This document shows, piece after piece, positions 37,848 through 50,554 of a stretch of 50,554 nt of DNA. Below the pieces are notes generated by a model, which saw only the letters and a program-made list of their open reading frames with translations, did no database searches and was not told where the DNA came from. The translations under genes and the position numbers were made by a program. Source of the DNA: Gammaproteobacteria bacterium (GTDB taxonomy: Bacteria; Pseudomonadota; Gammaproteobacteria; Pseudomonadales; Azotimanducaceae); contig JAPOYW010000327.1 of NCBI GenBank assembly GCA_026706425.1, positions 1 through 50,554 on the forward strand, written 5' to 3'. Each line of letters opens with the position of its first letter. The stretch's first letter is position 1.

Positions 37848-38313
37848 CCGGCCTCCACGATGAGTAGGGATGCAGCGCAAGGTAGACGTTCTGGTAGCGC
37901 AGGTCGTGCGAGACGTCGTCGCCGAGCCACTTGGGCTGCGGCAGCTTCTCGACCCGCGACCGATGGGTGATCTCTGCGAGCATCAGCGGGGCGTTGTCTC
38001 CCTTGAACACATCGATGGTCCACGCCGCCTCGTCATCGATGCGATAGCGGTCCTTCTCGATTACCGGGGTCACCGCCAACCGCTCGATCATCTCGCGTGC
38101 ATCCGCGACGGGTACGCTGTACTCGTAGCCCATGGACTCGCCTGCGCGAACACCCACCACGCCGAGCCAGGCGCTCGCTCCGGCGATGCGCAGGCGCACC
38201 GCGGTCTTGCCGGTGGCTAGGTAGGCTTGCCGGATCGCCACCGGCGGCTCGGTGGCATGGGCAATCACACCGCGCTCGGCCACGAGGAACTTGCGCTCGA
38301 TCTCGGTGCTCAT
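37840..38313 (-). CDS. CYTH-domain protein (CyaB/ThTPase-like triphosphate tunnel metalloenzyme)
   Basis: The N-terminus MSTEIERKFLV carries the diagnostic ExExK motif. The size (157 aa) is typical. ATGA overlap with the cmoB stop. Confidence 0.82.
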   Translation of the reverse strand: MSTEIERKFLVAERGVIAHATEPPVAIRQAYLATGKTAVRLRIAGASAWLGVVGVRAGESMGYEYSVPVADAREMIERLAVTPVIEKDRYRIDDEAAWTIDVFKGDNAPLMLAEITHRSRVEKLPQPKWLGDDVSHDLRYQNVYLALHPYSSWRPDG

Positions 38314-39200
38314 CGAGACGCGATCATAACGGCGCGCTCGGGTGCCGGATAGCCTTCGACCGTGCGGGTCGGGTCATCCGGGGCCAATGCGTCGGCAAGG
38401 GACTGGTAGGTCATCCACGGAGTCGCGCGCTGTTCGGCCACCGTGGTGACCGAGCGGTCGACCAAGCGCACGGTCGCGAAGCCAGCCGCCCGAAGCCAGC
38501 CGGCGAGGGTTGCCACGTCCGGAACCACGTGCACGTTGCGCATCCGCGCATAGCGGTCCGGCCGCTCGATCGGACCGCCGTCCACGACGAGCGATTCGAG
38601 CACCACTACCGTGTCGCGATGCGCGTGGCGGGCCAGGGCGCGGACATGCGCTGCCGGGTCACGCCGGTGGTAGACGACGCCCATCGAGAAGACGGCGTCG
38701 AATGTGCCACCGGGCTCGACATCCTCGAGGGCGAGCGGCAGCACGAGGTTGCGCGGATCGTCCGCGTAGTACGCCACCGCGGCGTGCTGCAACACGAACA
38801 GAAGCGACGGATCGATGCCCGTAACCGAGGCCGCGCCCGCCTCCAGCATCCGCCAACCGTAGTAGCCGTTGCCGCACCCGACGTCGAGCACGTGGGCACC
38901 CTCGAGGTCCAGGTGCGGCGCGATTCGCGCCCACTTCAGGTCGCTGCGCCACTCGGCGTCGATCTGCACGCCGAACAGACGGAACGGACCCTTGCGCCAG
39001 GGCTTGAACCGCTGCAGGACATCCGTGAGTCGAGCCCGTCCCACGGCGTCGAGGTCGCGCGCATGGCCGACGCTGACGCAGTCGCGGAGCGACACGCACC
39101 CGGACACTGCGGTGGGCAACTTGGCCAAGGCGGCGAGCCACCGGGACCGGTCCCCGTGGTTGCGTATTTCCGGGGAGCGCGAGGGGCCTGCCCCTCGCAT
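38310..39200 (-). CDS. cmoB: tRNA U34 carboxymethyltransferase
   Basis: KPWRKGPFRLFGVQIDAEWRSDLKWARIAPHL, VLDVGCGNGYYGWRM, FDAVFSMGVVYHRRDP, DRYARMRNVHVVP and TVEGYPAPERAVMIA are collinear with E. coli CmoB. Confidence 0.9.
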   Translation of the reverse strand: MRGAGPSRSPEIRNHGDRSRWLAALAKLPTAVSGCVSLRDCVSVGHARDLDAVGRARLTDVLQRFKPWRKGPFRLFGVQIDAEWRSDLKWARIAPHLDLEGAHVLDVGCGNGYYGWRMLEAGAASVTGIDPSLLFVLQHAAVAYYADDPRNLVLPLALEDVEPGGTFDAVFSMGVVYHRRDPAAHVRALARHAHRDTVVVLESLVVDGGPIERPDRYARMRNVHVVPDVATLAGWLRAAGFATVRLVDRSVTTVAEQRATPWMTYQSLADALAPDDPTRTVEGYPAPERAVMIASR

Positions 39201-39281
39201 GGAAAGGACTTCGACGCAGCGACGGGCGAGGGGCGACGCATCCCGCCAGGTCGTTGTCAGCGTCTGCAGTGCGTCGATGCG

Positions 39282-40019
39282 CTACTCTCCCGGCCGCTTG
39301 GGGAAAGCCGCGATGGCGCCCCAGTTCAGGCACCGGAACCAGACTTCCACCTCGTCGAAGCCCGCCTGACGCAACCGGGCGACGTGCTCATCGAGCGAGT
39401 CGATGCGCATCACCTTCTCAAGCGCCGCGCGCTTCTGACTGATCGCCAGATCGCTGTAGCCGTTCGCACGCTTGAAATCGACGTGCAGGTCCGTGAGGTA
39501 CTGCGAGGCCTTGAGCTTCTCGGAGAGCAGCAGAACGCCGTTCTCGTTCAAGCCATGGCGGATCGAGCGCAACAGCCCCAGGCGGTCCTCGGGCGGCAGG
39601 AACTGCAACGTGTAGTTGAGGATCACCACGTCCGCCCTCTCGATGGCCGCTTCGCGCACGTCCGCCTGCAACCAGCTCACACGGTCCTCGCCACGGGCCA
39701 ACGGCTTGGCACGGGCCAGCATGGCGGCGGAATCGTCGACGGCCACGATCTCGCACGGTCGGTCGCCGACGGCGCGCAGCACGGCGTGGGTGGCGGCGCC
39801 CAGCGAGCAGCCGAGGTCGTAGCAGCGACCGTTTTCCGGCAGGTGCCGCGCTGCGATCAGACCGGTCAGCGGCGTGACCGTCTCGTATCCCGGGACGGAC
39901 CGGCGGATCATGTCCGGAAAGACGTCTGCGACAGACTCGTCGAACGCGAAATCGACGAGGTGGCGCGGGCTGTCGAACAGCCGATCCGTTCCGGTGGTAC
40001 TCTGTTTGGTCGTGCCCAC
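39282..40019 (-). CDS. cmoA: Carboxy-S-adenosyl-L-methionine synthase
   Basis: DRLFDSP...FDESVADVFPDMIRRSVPGYETV...YDLGCSLGAAT...ILNYTLQFLPPEDR...HVDFKRANGYSDLAISQKRAALEKVM is collinear with E. coli CmoA. I chose the GTG at 40019 by alignment. The upstream part of ORF 39282..40580 is antisense to ppk. The start is uncertain. Confidence 0.85.
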   Translation of the reverse strand: MGTTKQSTTGTDRLFDSPRHLVDFAFDESVADVFPDMIRRSVPGYETVTPLTGLIAARHLPENGRCYDLGCSLGAATHAVLRAVGDRPCEIVAVDDSAAMLARAKPLARGEDRVSWLQADVREAAIERADVVILNYTLQFLPPEDRLGLLRSIRHGLNENGVLLLSEKLKASQYLTDLHVDFKRANGYSDLAISQKRAALEKVMRIDSLDEHVARLRQAGFDEVEVWFRCLNWGAIAAFPKRPGE

Positions 40020-40029
40020 GGGCGCGATT

Positions 40030-42111
40030 ATGGTGACAAGCGTGAACGCGGCCAACCTCGCGAGCCCCGATCTCTTCATCAACCGGGAACTCTCCCTGCT
40101 CGAATTCAACCGCCGCGTGCTCGAACAGGCCAAGGGCACCGACGTACCCTTGCTCGAGCGCCTGCGCTTCCTGTGCATCAGCGGCTCGAACCTAGACGAG
40201 TTCTTCGAGATCCGGGTGTCCGGCCTTAAGCAGCAGGAGGCCCTCGGCGCGACGCAGCGCGGTCCGGACAACCTCTCACCCACCGAACAATTGCAGCGGA
40301 TCGCGGCGCTCGCGCACGAACTCGTCGATGAGCAGTACCGGGTGCTGAACGACGTCCTGTTCCCGTTGCTCGATGCCGAAGGCATCCGCTTTCTCCGCCG
40401 CAGCCAATGGAATGCCGCGCAGGAGCAATGGCTCGCCGATTTCTTCCATCGCGAATTGGCGCCGATCCTGACGCCTATCGGCTTGGACCCCGCGCACCCC
40501 TTCCCACGCATCATCAACAAGAACCTCACGTTCATCGTGACGCTCGAAGGAAAAGACGCGTTCGGACGCTTGAGCGGCATGGCGGTCGTGCAGGCGCCGC
40601 GGGCCCTGCCGCGCGTGGTCCGCTTGGCGCAGGATCTCGCCGAACACCCTTACGACTTCGTCTTCCTGTCGTCCATCATCCACGCGCACGTGGACGAGTT
40701 GTTCCCCGGCATGCGTGCGGTCGGCTGCTACCAGTTCCGGGCCACCCGCAACAGCGACCTGTTCGTGGACGAAGAGGCCGTCGAGGATCTCAAGATCGCC
40801 TTGGAAGGGGAACTGCCGTCCCGGCGCTTCGGCGATGCCGTTCGGCTCGAACTCGCCGACGACTGTCCCCGCGAGGTCGGGCAGTTCCTCACCGACGAGT
40901 TCGAACTGCTCCCCGAGGACGTCTACTACTGCAACGGCCCGGTCAACCTGATGCGCCTGAACGCCATCCCCGACCTGGTGGACCGACCGGACCTCAAGTA
41001 CCCGGGTTTCACCCCCAGCGTGCCGCGCCGCATCCAGACCGCACCCGACGTCTTCGCGGCCATTCGGGCTCGGGACATTTTGCTGCACCATCCCTTCCAT
41101 TCCTTCGCGCCGGTGCTCGACTTCCTGCGCAGCGCGGCCCGGGATCCCGACGTGCTGTCGATACGCCAAACGCTGTACCGCACCGGAGCCGACTCGTCCG
41201 TTGTCGAGGCGCTCATCGAGGCCGCCGCCAACGGCAAGGAAGTGCTGGTCGTCATCGAGTTGCGTGCGCGCTTCGACGAGGCCGCGAACATCGAACTCGC
41301 CAACGACTTGCAGGAGGCCGGGGCGCAGGTGGTCTATGGGATTGTCGGCTACAAGACGCACGCCAAGATGCTCATGGTGATCCGCCGGGAGAACGGCGAA
41401 CTGCGCCGCTACGTGCACTTGAGCACCGGCAACTACCACGCCAGCACCGCGCGGCTGTATACCGACTACGGGCTCCTGACTTGCGACCCCGACCTCAGCG
41501 CGGACGTGGCCAGCATGTTCCAGCAACTCACGGCCATGGGCCGCGCCGGGCAACTCAACAAGATGCTGCAGTCGCCCTTCACGCTGCACGAGACCATGCT
41601 CGCCCACATCGAAGCCGAGATCGCGCACGCCAAGGCCGGGCGACCGTCGGGCGTCCTCGCGAAGATGAACCAACTCATCGAGGAGGACGTGATCCAAGCC
41701 CTCTACCGCGCCTCTCAAGCCGGCGTCCGCGTGCGTCTCGTGGTCCGCGGCATCTGTTCCCTGCGGCCCGGAATCAAGGGCGTCTCGGAGAATATCGATG
41801 TGCGCTCGATCATCGGTCGCTTCCTGGAGCACGCGCGGATTTTCGTGTTCGAAAACGGCGGCCAGCCTCACGTCTACCTGTCGAGCGCCGACTGGATGGG
41901 ACGGAACTTCTTCTCACGGGTCGAGGCTTGCTTTCCGATCGAGGACAAGCGCATCCGCAAGGCGGTACTGCAGGAAGGGATCGACCCGTACCTGGACGAC
42001 AATACCCAGGCTTGGGTCCTGAAGTCCGACGGCAGCTACGAGCGCGCCGAGCGCGGCACCGGCGAGAAGCGCTGTGCCCAGGAGGAACTGCTCGAGAAGC
42101 TGGCGCGGTGA
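40030..42111 (+). CDS. ppk: Polyphosphate kinase 1
   Basis: From the ATG at 40030 the protein reads MVTSVNAANLASPDLFINRELSLLEFNRRVLEQA. It contains LRFLCISGSNLDEFFEIRV, IELRARFDEAANI, GYKTHAKMLMVIRRE, HLSTGNYHASTARLYTDYGLLT and SADWMGRNFFSRVE, collinear with E. coli PPK. Confidence 0.93.
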   Translation: MVTSVNAANLASPDLFINRELSLLEFNRRVLEQAKGTDVPLLERLRFLCISGSNLDEFFEIRVSGLKQQEALGATQRGPDNLSPTEQLQRIAALAHELVDEQYRVLNDVLFPLLDAEGIRFLRRSQWNAAQEQWLADFFHRELAPILTPIGLDPAHPFPRIINKNLTFIVTLEGKDAFGRLSGMAVVQAPRALPRVVRLAQDLAEHPYDFVFLSSIIHAHVDELFPGMRAVGCYQFRATRNSDLFVDEEAVEDLKIALEGELPSRRFGDAVRLELADDCPREVGQFLTDEFELLPEDVYYCNGPVNLMRLNAIPDLVDRPDLKYPGFTPSVPRRIQTAPDVFAAIRARDILLHHPFHSFAPVLDFLRSAARDPDVLSIRQTLYRTGADSSVVEALIEAAANGKEVLVVIELRARFDEAANIELANDLQEAGAQVVYGIVGYKTHAKMLMVIRRENGELRRYVHLSTGNYHASTARLYTDYGLLTCDPDLSADVASMFQQLTAMGRAGQLNKMLQSPFTLHETMLAHIEAEIAHAKAGRPSGVLAKMNQLIEEDVIQALYRASQAGVRVRLVVRGICSLRPGIKGVSENIDVRSIIGRFLEHARIFVFENGGQPHVYLSSADWMGRNFFSRVEACFPIEDKRIRKAVLQEGIDPYLDDNTQAWVLKSDGSYERAERGTGEKRCAQEELLEKLAR

Positions 42112-42121
42112 GCGCGCTTGG

Positions 42122-43639
42122 CTAGCGCACGGACACCTTGAGCTTCAAAGGGATGGCGGACAGGTAGTCGGCCTCCTGCTCGAGATCGAGCTTGGTCAGC
42201 GGGTGCTCGGCGAGCCACTTGCGCGGAAACGAAAGCGACACCTCGCCGCCCGGTGCAAGCCCGTCCGTGGCCGTCACCGAGAACCGCGGCAGAACCTGGT
42301 CCGAGCGCGCCCGGTGCAACACGGTCGCCAGTCGCAGCAGGACGCACAGCGCCACCATCTGCGGCGCGTGGCGGAACTCCTCGATGGGGAACTTGCGCCG
42401 GTGGCCGCGGACGATGATCGACAGGTGGTGCTGCTCCGAGCGCGAGAAGCCCGGCAGGTCCATGTTGTCGAGCAGGTAGCCGCCGTGCTTGTGGTACTGG
42501 CTGTGGGCGATGTCCATGCCGATCTCGTGCAGCATCGCGGCCCAGCGCAGCAGCCGGCGGGCGCCGAAGCCCGTCAACTGCCAGCCGCCCTGTTCGAGGA
42601 TCCGCGCCGCCGTGCCGGCGACGCGACGGCCGTGGGGCTCATCGATGTGGTAGCGCTCGATCAGGTCGGCGACCGTGGCGTCGCGGATGTCCTGGGCATG
42701 CACCCGGCCGAGCAGGTCGTGCAGCAATCCCTCCCGTAACGCACCGTCCGAAACCGTCATCTCCCTGATGCCGAGCGACTCGAAGGTGGCCGCCACAATG
42801 GCCACGCCGCCGGGAAACACGGGCGCGCGCTCTTCGTCGACCGCGAGCAGATCGAGACCGTCCGTCCGACCGGCCGCCAGTAAGCGGTCCTTGAGGGCGG
42901 CCAGGCCGTCGCTCGTGATGCCGCGAACGCCCGTGAGTTCGACAATGGCATCGTGAATCGCAATCAACGTACCGGACGAGCCGATCGCGGTGTCCCAGCC
43001 GCGGGCGCGGTAGATTTCCTCGATCACCTCGAGTTCCTGGCGGGCGGCGGTCTCCGCCCGCGCGAACCGCGTGGCGTCGATGGCGCCGTTAGCGAAGTGC
43101 CGGGCCGACATCGATACGCAGCCCATGTAGAGGCTCTCCATCAGCCGTGGCTGGAACTGGCGCCCGAGAATGAGCTCCGTGCTGCCGCCGCCGACGTCGA
43201 CCACGAGCCGCGAGTCGAACTGGTCTTCTAGCGAGTGCGACACGCCGAGGTAGATCAGCCGCGCTTCCTCGCGGCCGCTGATGATCTCCACGCGGTGCCC
43301 GAGGACCTCCTCGGCGGCGTCGATGAAGTCGCGGCTGTTGCGCGCCTGGCGCAACGCGTTGGTGCCGACGATGCGCACGTGGTGTCGCGGCAGGTGGCGG
43401 ATGCGCTGACCGAAGCGCTTGAGGCATGCCAACGACCGGGCGGCCACGGTCGCGGACAGCTCGTTGGCATCCGTCAACCCTTCCGCGATGCGCACCATCT
43501 CCTTGTGGCGATCGACGACCTGCAGACGGCCGTCGTGGTCGTGGGCGACGATCAGGTGGAAGCTGTTGGACCCGAGATCCAGCGCGGCGTACGGCTGATC
43601 CGCGACCTCTTGGCGCTGGGATTGCGGATGGGCAGCCAC
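42122..43639 (-). CDS. ppx: Exopolyphosphatase (Ppx/GppA family)
   Basis: YAALDLGSNSFHLIVA, IVGTNALRQARN, VVDVGGGSTELI and a C-terminal HD-like domain (LHEIGMDIAHSQYHKHGGYLL). I chose the GTG at 43639. The rest of the 965-aa ORF runs antisense through glpK and is rejected. Confidence 0.9.
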   Translation of the reverse strand: MAAHPQSQRQEVADQPYAALDLGSNSFHLIVAHDHDGRLQVVDRHKEMVRIAEGLTDANELSATVAARSLACLKRFGQRIRHLPRHHVRIVGTNALRQARNSRDFIDAAEEVLGHRVEIISGREEARLIYLGVSHSLEDQFDSRLVVDVGGGSTELILGRQFQPRLMESLYMGCVSMSARHFANGAIDATRFARAETAARQELEVIEEIYRARGWDTAIGSSGTLIAIHDAIVELTGVRGITSDGLAALKDRLLAAGRTDGLDLLAVDEERAPVFPGGVAIVAATFESLGIREMTVSDGALREGLLHDLLGRVHAQDIRDATVADLIERYHIDEPHGRRVAGTAARILEQGGWQLTGFGARRLLRWAAMLHEIGMDIAHSQYHKHGGYLLDNMDLPGFSRSEQHHLSIIVRGHRRKFPIEEFRHAPQMVALCVLLRLATVLHRARSDQVLPRFSVTATDGLAPGGEVSLSFPRKWLAEHPLTKLDLEQEADYLSAIPLKLKVSVR

Positions 43640-43668
43640 GCCGCGTAGTTTAGCAGCGCGGTCCTTGG

Positions 43669-45168
43669 CTACAGCGCCCGCGCCACGGCACGCTGCCAGT
43701 CGCGCAGCCAAACCGCTCGCTGTTCGGCATCGACGGCCGGCGTGAACCGTCGCCCAGGCACGCCTTCTACGGACGCCGGCGCCCCGGCCCACGTGCGGCT
43801 TCCAGCCCGGATGTCGCCGTGCAGCCCCGCACCCACGGCCGCCAGGAGGCCGGCGCCCAGCACCGTCGTCTCGATGCTTGCCGGACGCACGACGTCCATG
43901 CCCGCGACGTCCGCCAGGAATTGGCAGAACCAGTCGTTGACGGCCATGCCGCCATCGACGCGCAACTCCGTCGCGGCCACGCCGTCCGCCGCAACCGCGG
44001 CGAGCAGATCCGCGGTTTGGAACCCGACGGCCTTCAACGTGGCGGTGACGATGTGGTCGGGGTTCGAGTCCAGGGTCAACCCGGTGATCAGACCCCGGGC
44101 ATCCGGCCGCCAATGCGGGGCGCCGAGACCCGTGAATGCAGGAACGACGAAGACGCCACCCGTGTCGCCCGCGATGCGCCGCGCCGCGCGCTCGGTATCC
44201 GCCGCGGACTCGATCAGGCGCAGCGTGTCGCGCAGCCACTTGATGGCCACGCCAGCGTTGAAGATGCTGCCTTCCAAGGCGTAGGTGGTGGTGCCGCCCA
44301 CGCGGTAGCCCACGGTGGTGAGCAGGCGCTGGCTTGATCGCACCTGCTCGGGGCCGGTGTTGGCAATTACGAAACACCCCGTCCCGTACGTGCTCTTGAC
44401 CATCCCGGGCTCCAGGCAGCCCTGACCGAGCAACGCGGCCTGCTGGTCGCCCGCCACGCCGCGGATGGGAATCGACGCGCCGAACCATTCGGCGTCGGCC
44501 ACGCCGTAATCGGCGACGCAGTCGAGCACCGTCGGCAGCACGGCCGGCGCGATGCCGAAGTAGTCGAGCAGCCGGTCGCTCCACGCCTGCTGGCCGATGT
44601 CGAAGAGCTGGGTGCGCGCGGCGTTGGTCGCGTCCGTCGCGTGCCGGTCGCCTTTCGTGAGCCGCCAAACCAGGAAACTGTCCACGGTGCCGAAACGCAC
44701 GTCGCCGCGGGCCGCGGCCGCCTCCAAGTCGCGCTCCTCCAGCAGCCATTTCAGCTTCGTGCTCGAGAAGTACGGGTCCACCAACAGGCCCGTGATCGCC
44801 GCGATCTCGGGTTCGACGCCTTCGTCGCGGATTCGCTGGCACTGCTCGGCTGTGCGACGATCCTGCCAGACGATGGCGTTGCCGAGCGCGTCCCCGGTGC
44901 GCGCATCCCAAGCCAGCGTCGTCTCGCGCTGGTTGACGATGCCGATCGCCGCGATCTCGCCCGGCGCCACGCCGCTCTCGGCGATCGCCTCGCGGCCTAC
45001 GCGCAGCACACTTCTCCACAGGGCCCGCGGATCCTGCTCGACCCAGCCGTCGGCGGGGAACACGGCCTCGACAGGGTGCTGCGCGATCGCCACTTCGCGA
45101 CCGTCGGCGTCGAACACGACGGCGCGCGAACTCGACGTCCCCTGATCGATCGCGAGCACGTACGCCAC
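43669..45168 (-). CDS. glpK: Glycerol kinase
   Basis: YVLAIDQGTSSSRAVVF, AIGIVNQRETT, GTVDSFLVWRLT, GVAGDQQAALLGQGC, TYGTGCF, VPAFTGLGAPHW and LRVDGGMAVNDWFCQFLADV are present. The GTG at 45168 has GGGAG 7 nt upstream. The ORF maximum is 45222. Confidence 0.92.
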   Translation of the reverse strand: MAYVLAIDQGTSSSRAVVFDADGREVAIAQHPVEAVFPADGWVEQDPRALWRSVLRVGREAIAESGVAPGEIAAIGIVNQRETTLAWDARTGDALGNAIVWQDRRTAEQCQRIRDEGVEPEIAAITGLLVDPYFSSTKLKWLLEERDLEAAAARGDVRFGTVDSFLVWRLTKGDRHATDATNAARTQLFDIGQQAWSDRLLDYFGIAPAVLPTVLDCVADYGVADAEWFGASIPIRGVAGDQQAALLGQGCLEPGMVKSTYGTGCFVIANTGPEQVRSSQRLLTTVGYRVGGTTTYALEGSIFNAGVAIKWLRDTLRLIESAADTERAARRIAGDTGGVFVVPAFTGLGAPHWRPDARGLITGLTLDSNPDHIVTATLKAVGFQTADLLAAVAADGVAATELRVDGGMAVNDWFCQFLADVAGMDVVRPASIETTVLGAGLLAAVGAGLHGDIRAGSRTWAGAPASVEGVPGRRFTPAVDAEQRAVWLRDWQRAVARAL

Positions 45169-45296
45169 GGTCACACTCCCAACGGCAAGACCAGCCGGGA
45201 CTTTACGACATCCGTTCGGCACGGTAAGTGGATAGAAACGTGGCCAAGGTCTCCACCCACCGCATCCAAACGACTTTTCCCGAACTTATCAAGGCG

Positions 45297-45305
45297 TTAT
45301 CCACA
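45297..45305 (+). promoter_or_regulatory. Consensus DnaA box TTATCCACA upstream of nrdA
   Basis: Perfect 9/9 match to the R-type DnaA box, about 400 nt upstream of the nrdA ATG. DnaA control of nrdAB is established in E. coli. A single site could occur by chance. Confidence 0.4.
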
Positions 45306-45326
45306 ACCTTACTCACCCGCGATCAC

Positions 45327-45342
45327 CCACAACATATAGTGC
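45327..45342. promoter_or_regulatory. Candidate NrdR box
   Basis: ccaCAACATATAGtgc matches the published NrdR-box consensus acaCwAtATaTwGtgt at 13 of 16 positions. Confidence 0.45.
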
Positions 45343-45462
45343 CTCCCGGTTCGCCTCGGTTGCTCACTCGTTGTGCACCGCTGCACGGGGGGTTGGCCAC
45401 CAGGTGCCAAGGAGTTGTGCACAGGTTTCGGTCTGCGAAAACCTGTTGCATTGTGCCGCAAA

Positions 45463-45510
45463 CCGCTCTATGTTGGGTTCCGAAGGAGAGGGCATGCCTA
45501 CATATTGCGT
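45463..45510. promoter_or_regulatory. Candidate tandem NrdR boxes, 32 bp start to start
   Basis: ccgCTCTATGTTGggt (45463..45478) and tgcCTACATATTGcgt (45495..45510) each match the consensus at 11 of 16 positions. The 16-bp gap matches the usual tandem NrdR-box geometry. Confidence 0.4.
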
Positions 45511-45710
45511 TCTGACGGAGCACATAGGCGCGCCCCGCAGCGTGCCACGGCCCGTTCATCCCGGCCAGACGCCGCACAAACCGCCCCCTACCATTCCACC
45601 GTTCCATGCCGCAGCCCGATCCACGCCGTAGGTCGGCGACAACCTAGGTATAGCGCTGGATAAATAACCAGGTACGCGATAAAGTCACAGAACAAGGAGC
45701 CGCCAGTCAT

Positions 45711-49736
<4,026 letters not shown>

Positions 49737-49821
49737 GGCGGCTTTCGGAGGGTAAAGGACGCGCGGTGACGCGCGTGACGAGAGAACGAAAGGACATCGT
49801 GGATTTCAAAAGGAGGCGAAC

Positions 49822-50554
49822 ATGCTGAGTTGGGACGACTACGAACAAGATGGCCTCGCTGGGGGTGCCGCCACGCCGCGCGAGGGGCCTAGCCGGTCGT
49901 TTCTTGAAGGCCTGGAAGTCGCCGTACCACAAGACCGACAACCGGAGCCGGTGCCTCCGCCGAGCCCTGCCGAGCCACCTGTCCCCTCTTTGGACGCCTT
50001 GTCCGAGGCGCCCGCGATGCCGCTGCCGCCGTTGCCGCAGATGCCACCAGCAGTGCCGGATCCGGAGCCGGCACCGGCCGCGGCGCTAGCGGACGCGGTT
50101 GCCCAGGCGGCCGCCCATCTCGACGACGAGTCCGAGATCGAACATGGCGAGCGCGTCACCGTGGATCAGAAGGCCATGATCAACTGCCGCGCCGACCTCA
50201 ACCAGCTCGTGCCCTTCAAGTACGACTGGGCTTGGCAGAAGTACCTCGACGGCTGCGCAAACCACTGGATGCCGCAGGAAATCAACATGACCGCCGACGT
50301 GTCCCTGTGGAAATCGGACGCGGGCCTGTCCGACGACGAACGGACGATCGTCAAGCGCAGCCTCGGGTTCTTCTCGACGGCGGATTCGCTCGTCGCCAAC
50401 AACCTCGTGCTGTCCGTGTACCGCCTCATCACCAACCCGGAGTGCCGCCAATACCTGCTGCGCCAAGCCTTCGAGGAAGCCATCCACACCCACGCCTACC
50501 AGTACTGCATCGAGTCGCTGGGCATGGACGAGGGCGAGATCTTCAACATGTACC
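49822..50554 (+). CDS. nrdB: Class Ia ribonucleotide reductase beta subunit, 5' partial (runs off the window)
   Basis: My own translation from the ATG at 49822, which has AAAGGAGG 5 nt upstream. It reads [11 protein letters not shown], then a Pro-rich linker, then [37 protein letters not shown]...[15 protein letters not shown]...[32 protein letters not shown]. The ORF track does not list it because no stop codon falls inside the window. Confidence 0.93.
   Translation, partial: MLSWDDYEQDGLAGGAATPREGPSRSFLEGLEVAVPQDRQPEPVPPPSPAEPPVPSLDALSEAPAMPLPPLPQMPPAVPDPEPAPAAALADAVAQAAAHLDDESEIEHGERVTVDQKAMINCRADLNQLVPFKYDWAWQKYLDGCANHWMPQEINMTADVSLWKSDAGLSDDERTIVKRSLGFFSTADSLVANNLVLSVYRLITNPECRQYLLRQAFEEAIHTHAYQYCIESLGMDEGEIFNMY

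Noticed and set aside
40020-40580. N-terminal extension of the cmoA ORF (432 aa in total).
   Set aside because: CmoA homology starts at DRLFDSP. The upstream 187 codons are Ser/Arg/Cys-rich and antisense to the well-supported ppk 5' end.
42112-42121. ppk and ppx are convergent with only 10 nt between their stop codons, unlike the E. coli ppk-ppx operon.
   Set aside because: As far as I recall, a convergent ppk/ppx layout is already described for Pseudomonas aeruginosa. I do not treat it as novel, although there is no room for a terminator between the genes.
43640-45019. ORF 42122..45019 reads through as a 965-aa protein, which would give ppx a 460-aa N-terminal extension.
   Set aside because: The extension is antisense to a well-supported glpK and is Arg/Gly-rich nonsense. 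Ppx homology begins at YAALDLGSNSF, just after the GTG at 43639.

Overview
This is a GC-rich (roughly 64%) proteobacterial chromosomal window, probably from a gammaproteobacterium. The evidence for that is a Pseudomonas-type NrdA/NrdB pair, convergent ppk/ppx, and many TonB-dependent receptors (TBDRs). I recognised no rRNA, tRNA, CRISPR array, transposase or integrase.

Gene content in order:
- a secreted protein co-transcribed with ompR and envZ
- a thiolase
- a 1011-aa TBDR
- bioF-bioD-bioA
- a TBDR carrying an EF-hand loop
- bcp
- an operon of a 1295-aa three-module lipoprotein followed by a frameshifted TBDR
- a MATE-like membrane protein
- a tail-anchored coiled-coil protein containing seven copies of a 21-bp repeat
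- a minus-strand run: RND adaptor and pump, a possible DUF3750-type protein, an APC permease, a palindromic repeat element, a twice-frameshifted GPH/MFS transporter, a PhyH dioxygenase and a TBDR
- a second PhyH gene
- a tightly coupled minus-strand chain: cmoA, cmoB, CYTH, a wHTH-TM protein, an acyl-CoA dehydrogenase and a small membrane ORF
- ppk and ppx (convergent), then glpK
- nrdA and a partial nrdB

The most unusual items:
1. A 361-aa LAGLIDADG intein sits in nrdA, precisely between NQ and GGKRKG, and its +1 residue is Gly rather than Cys/Ser/Thr.
2. The three-module lipoprotein, which I could not assign to a family, lies directly upstream of a TBDR.
3. The 21-bp heptad repeat lies inside the membrane-anchored coiled-coil gene.

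Three single-base frameshifts within about 13 kb may be real decay or homopolymer sequencing errors. All functional calls come from motifs I recognised in the supplied translations. No database search was run. Coordinates of short DNA motifs may be off by 1 nt.
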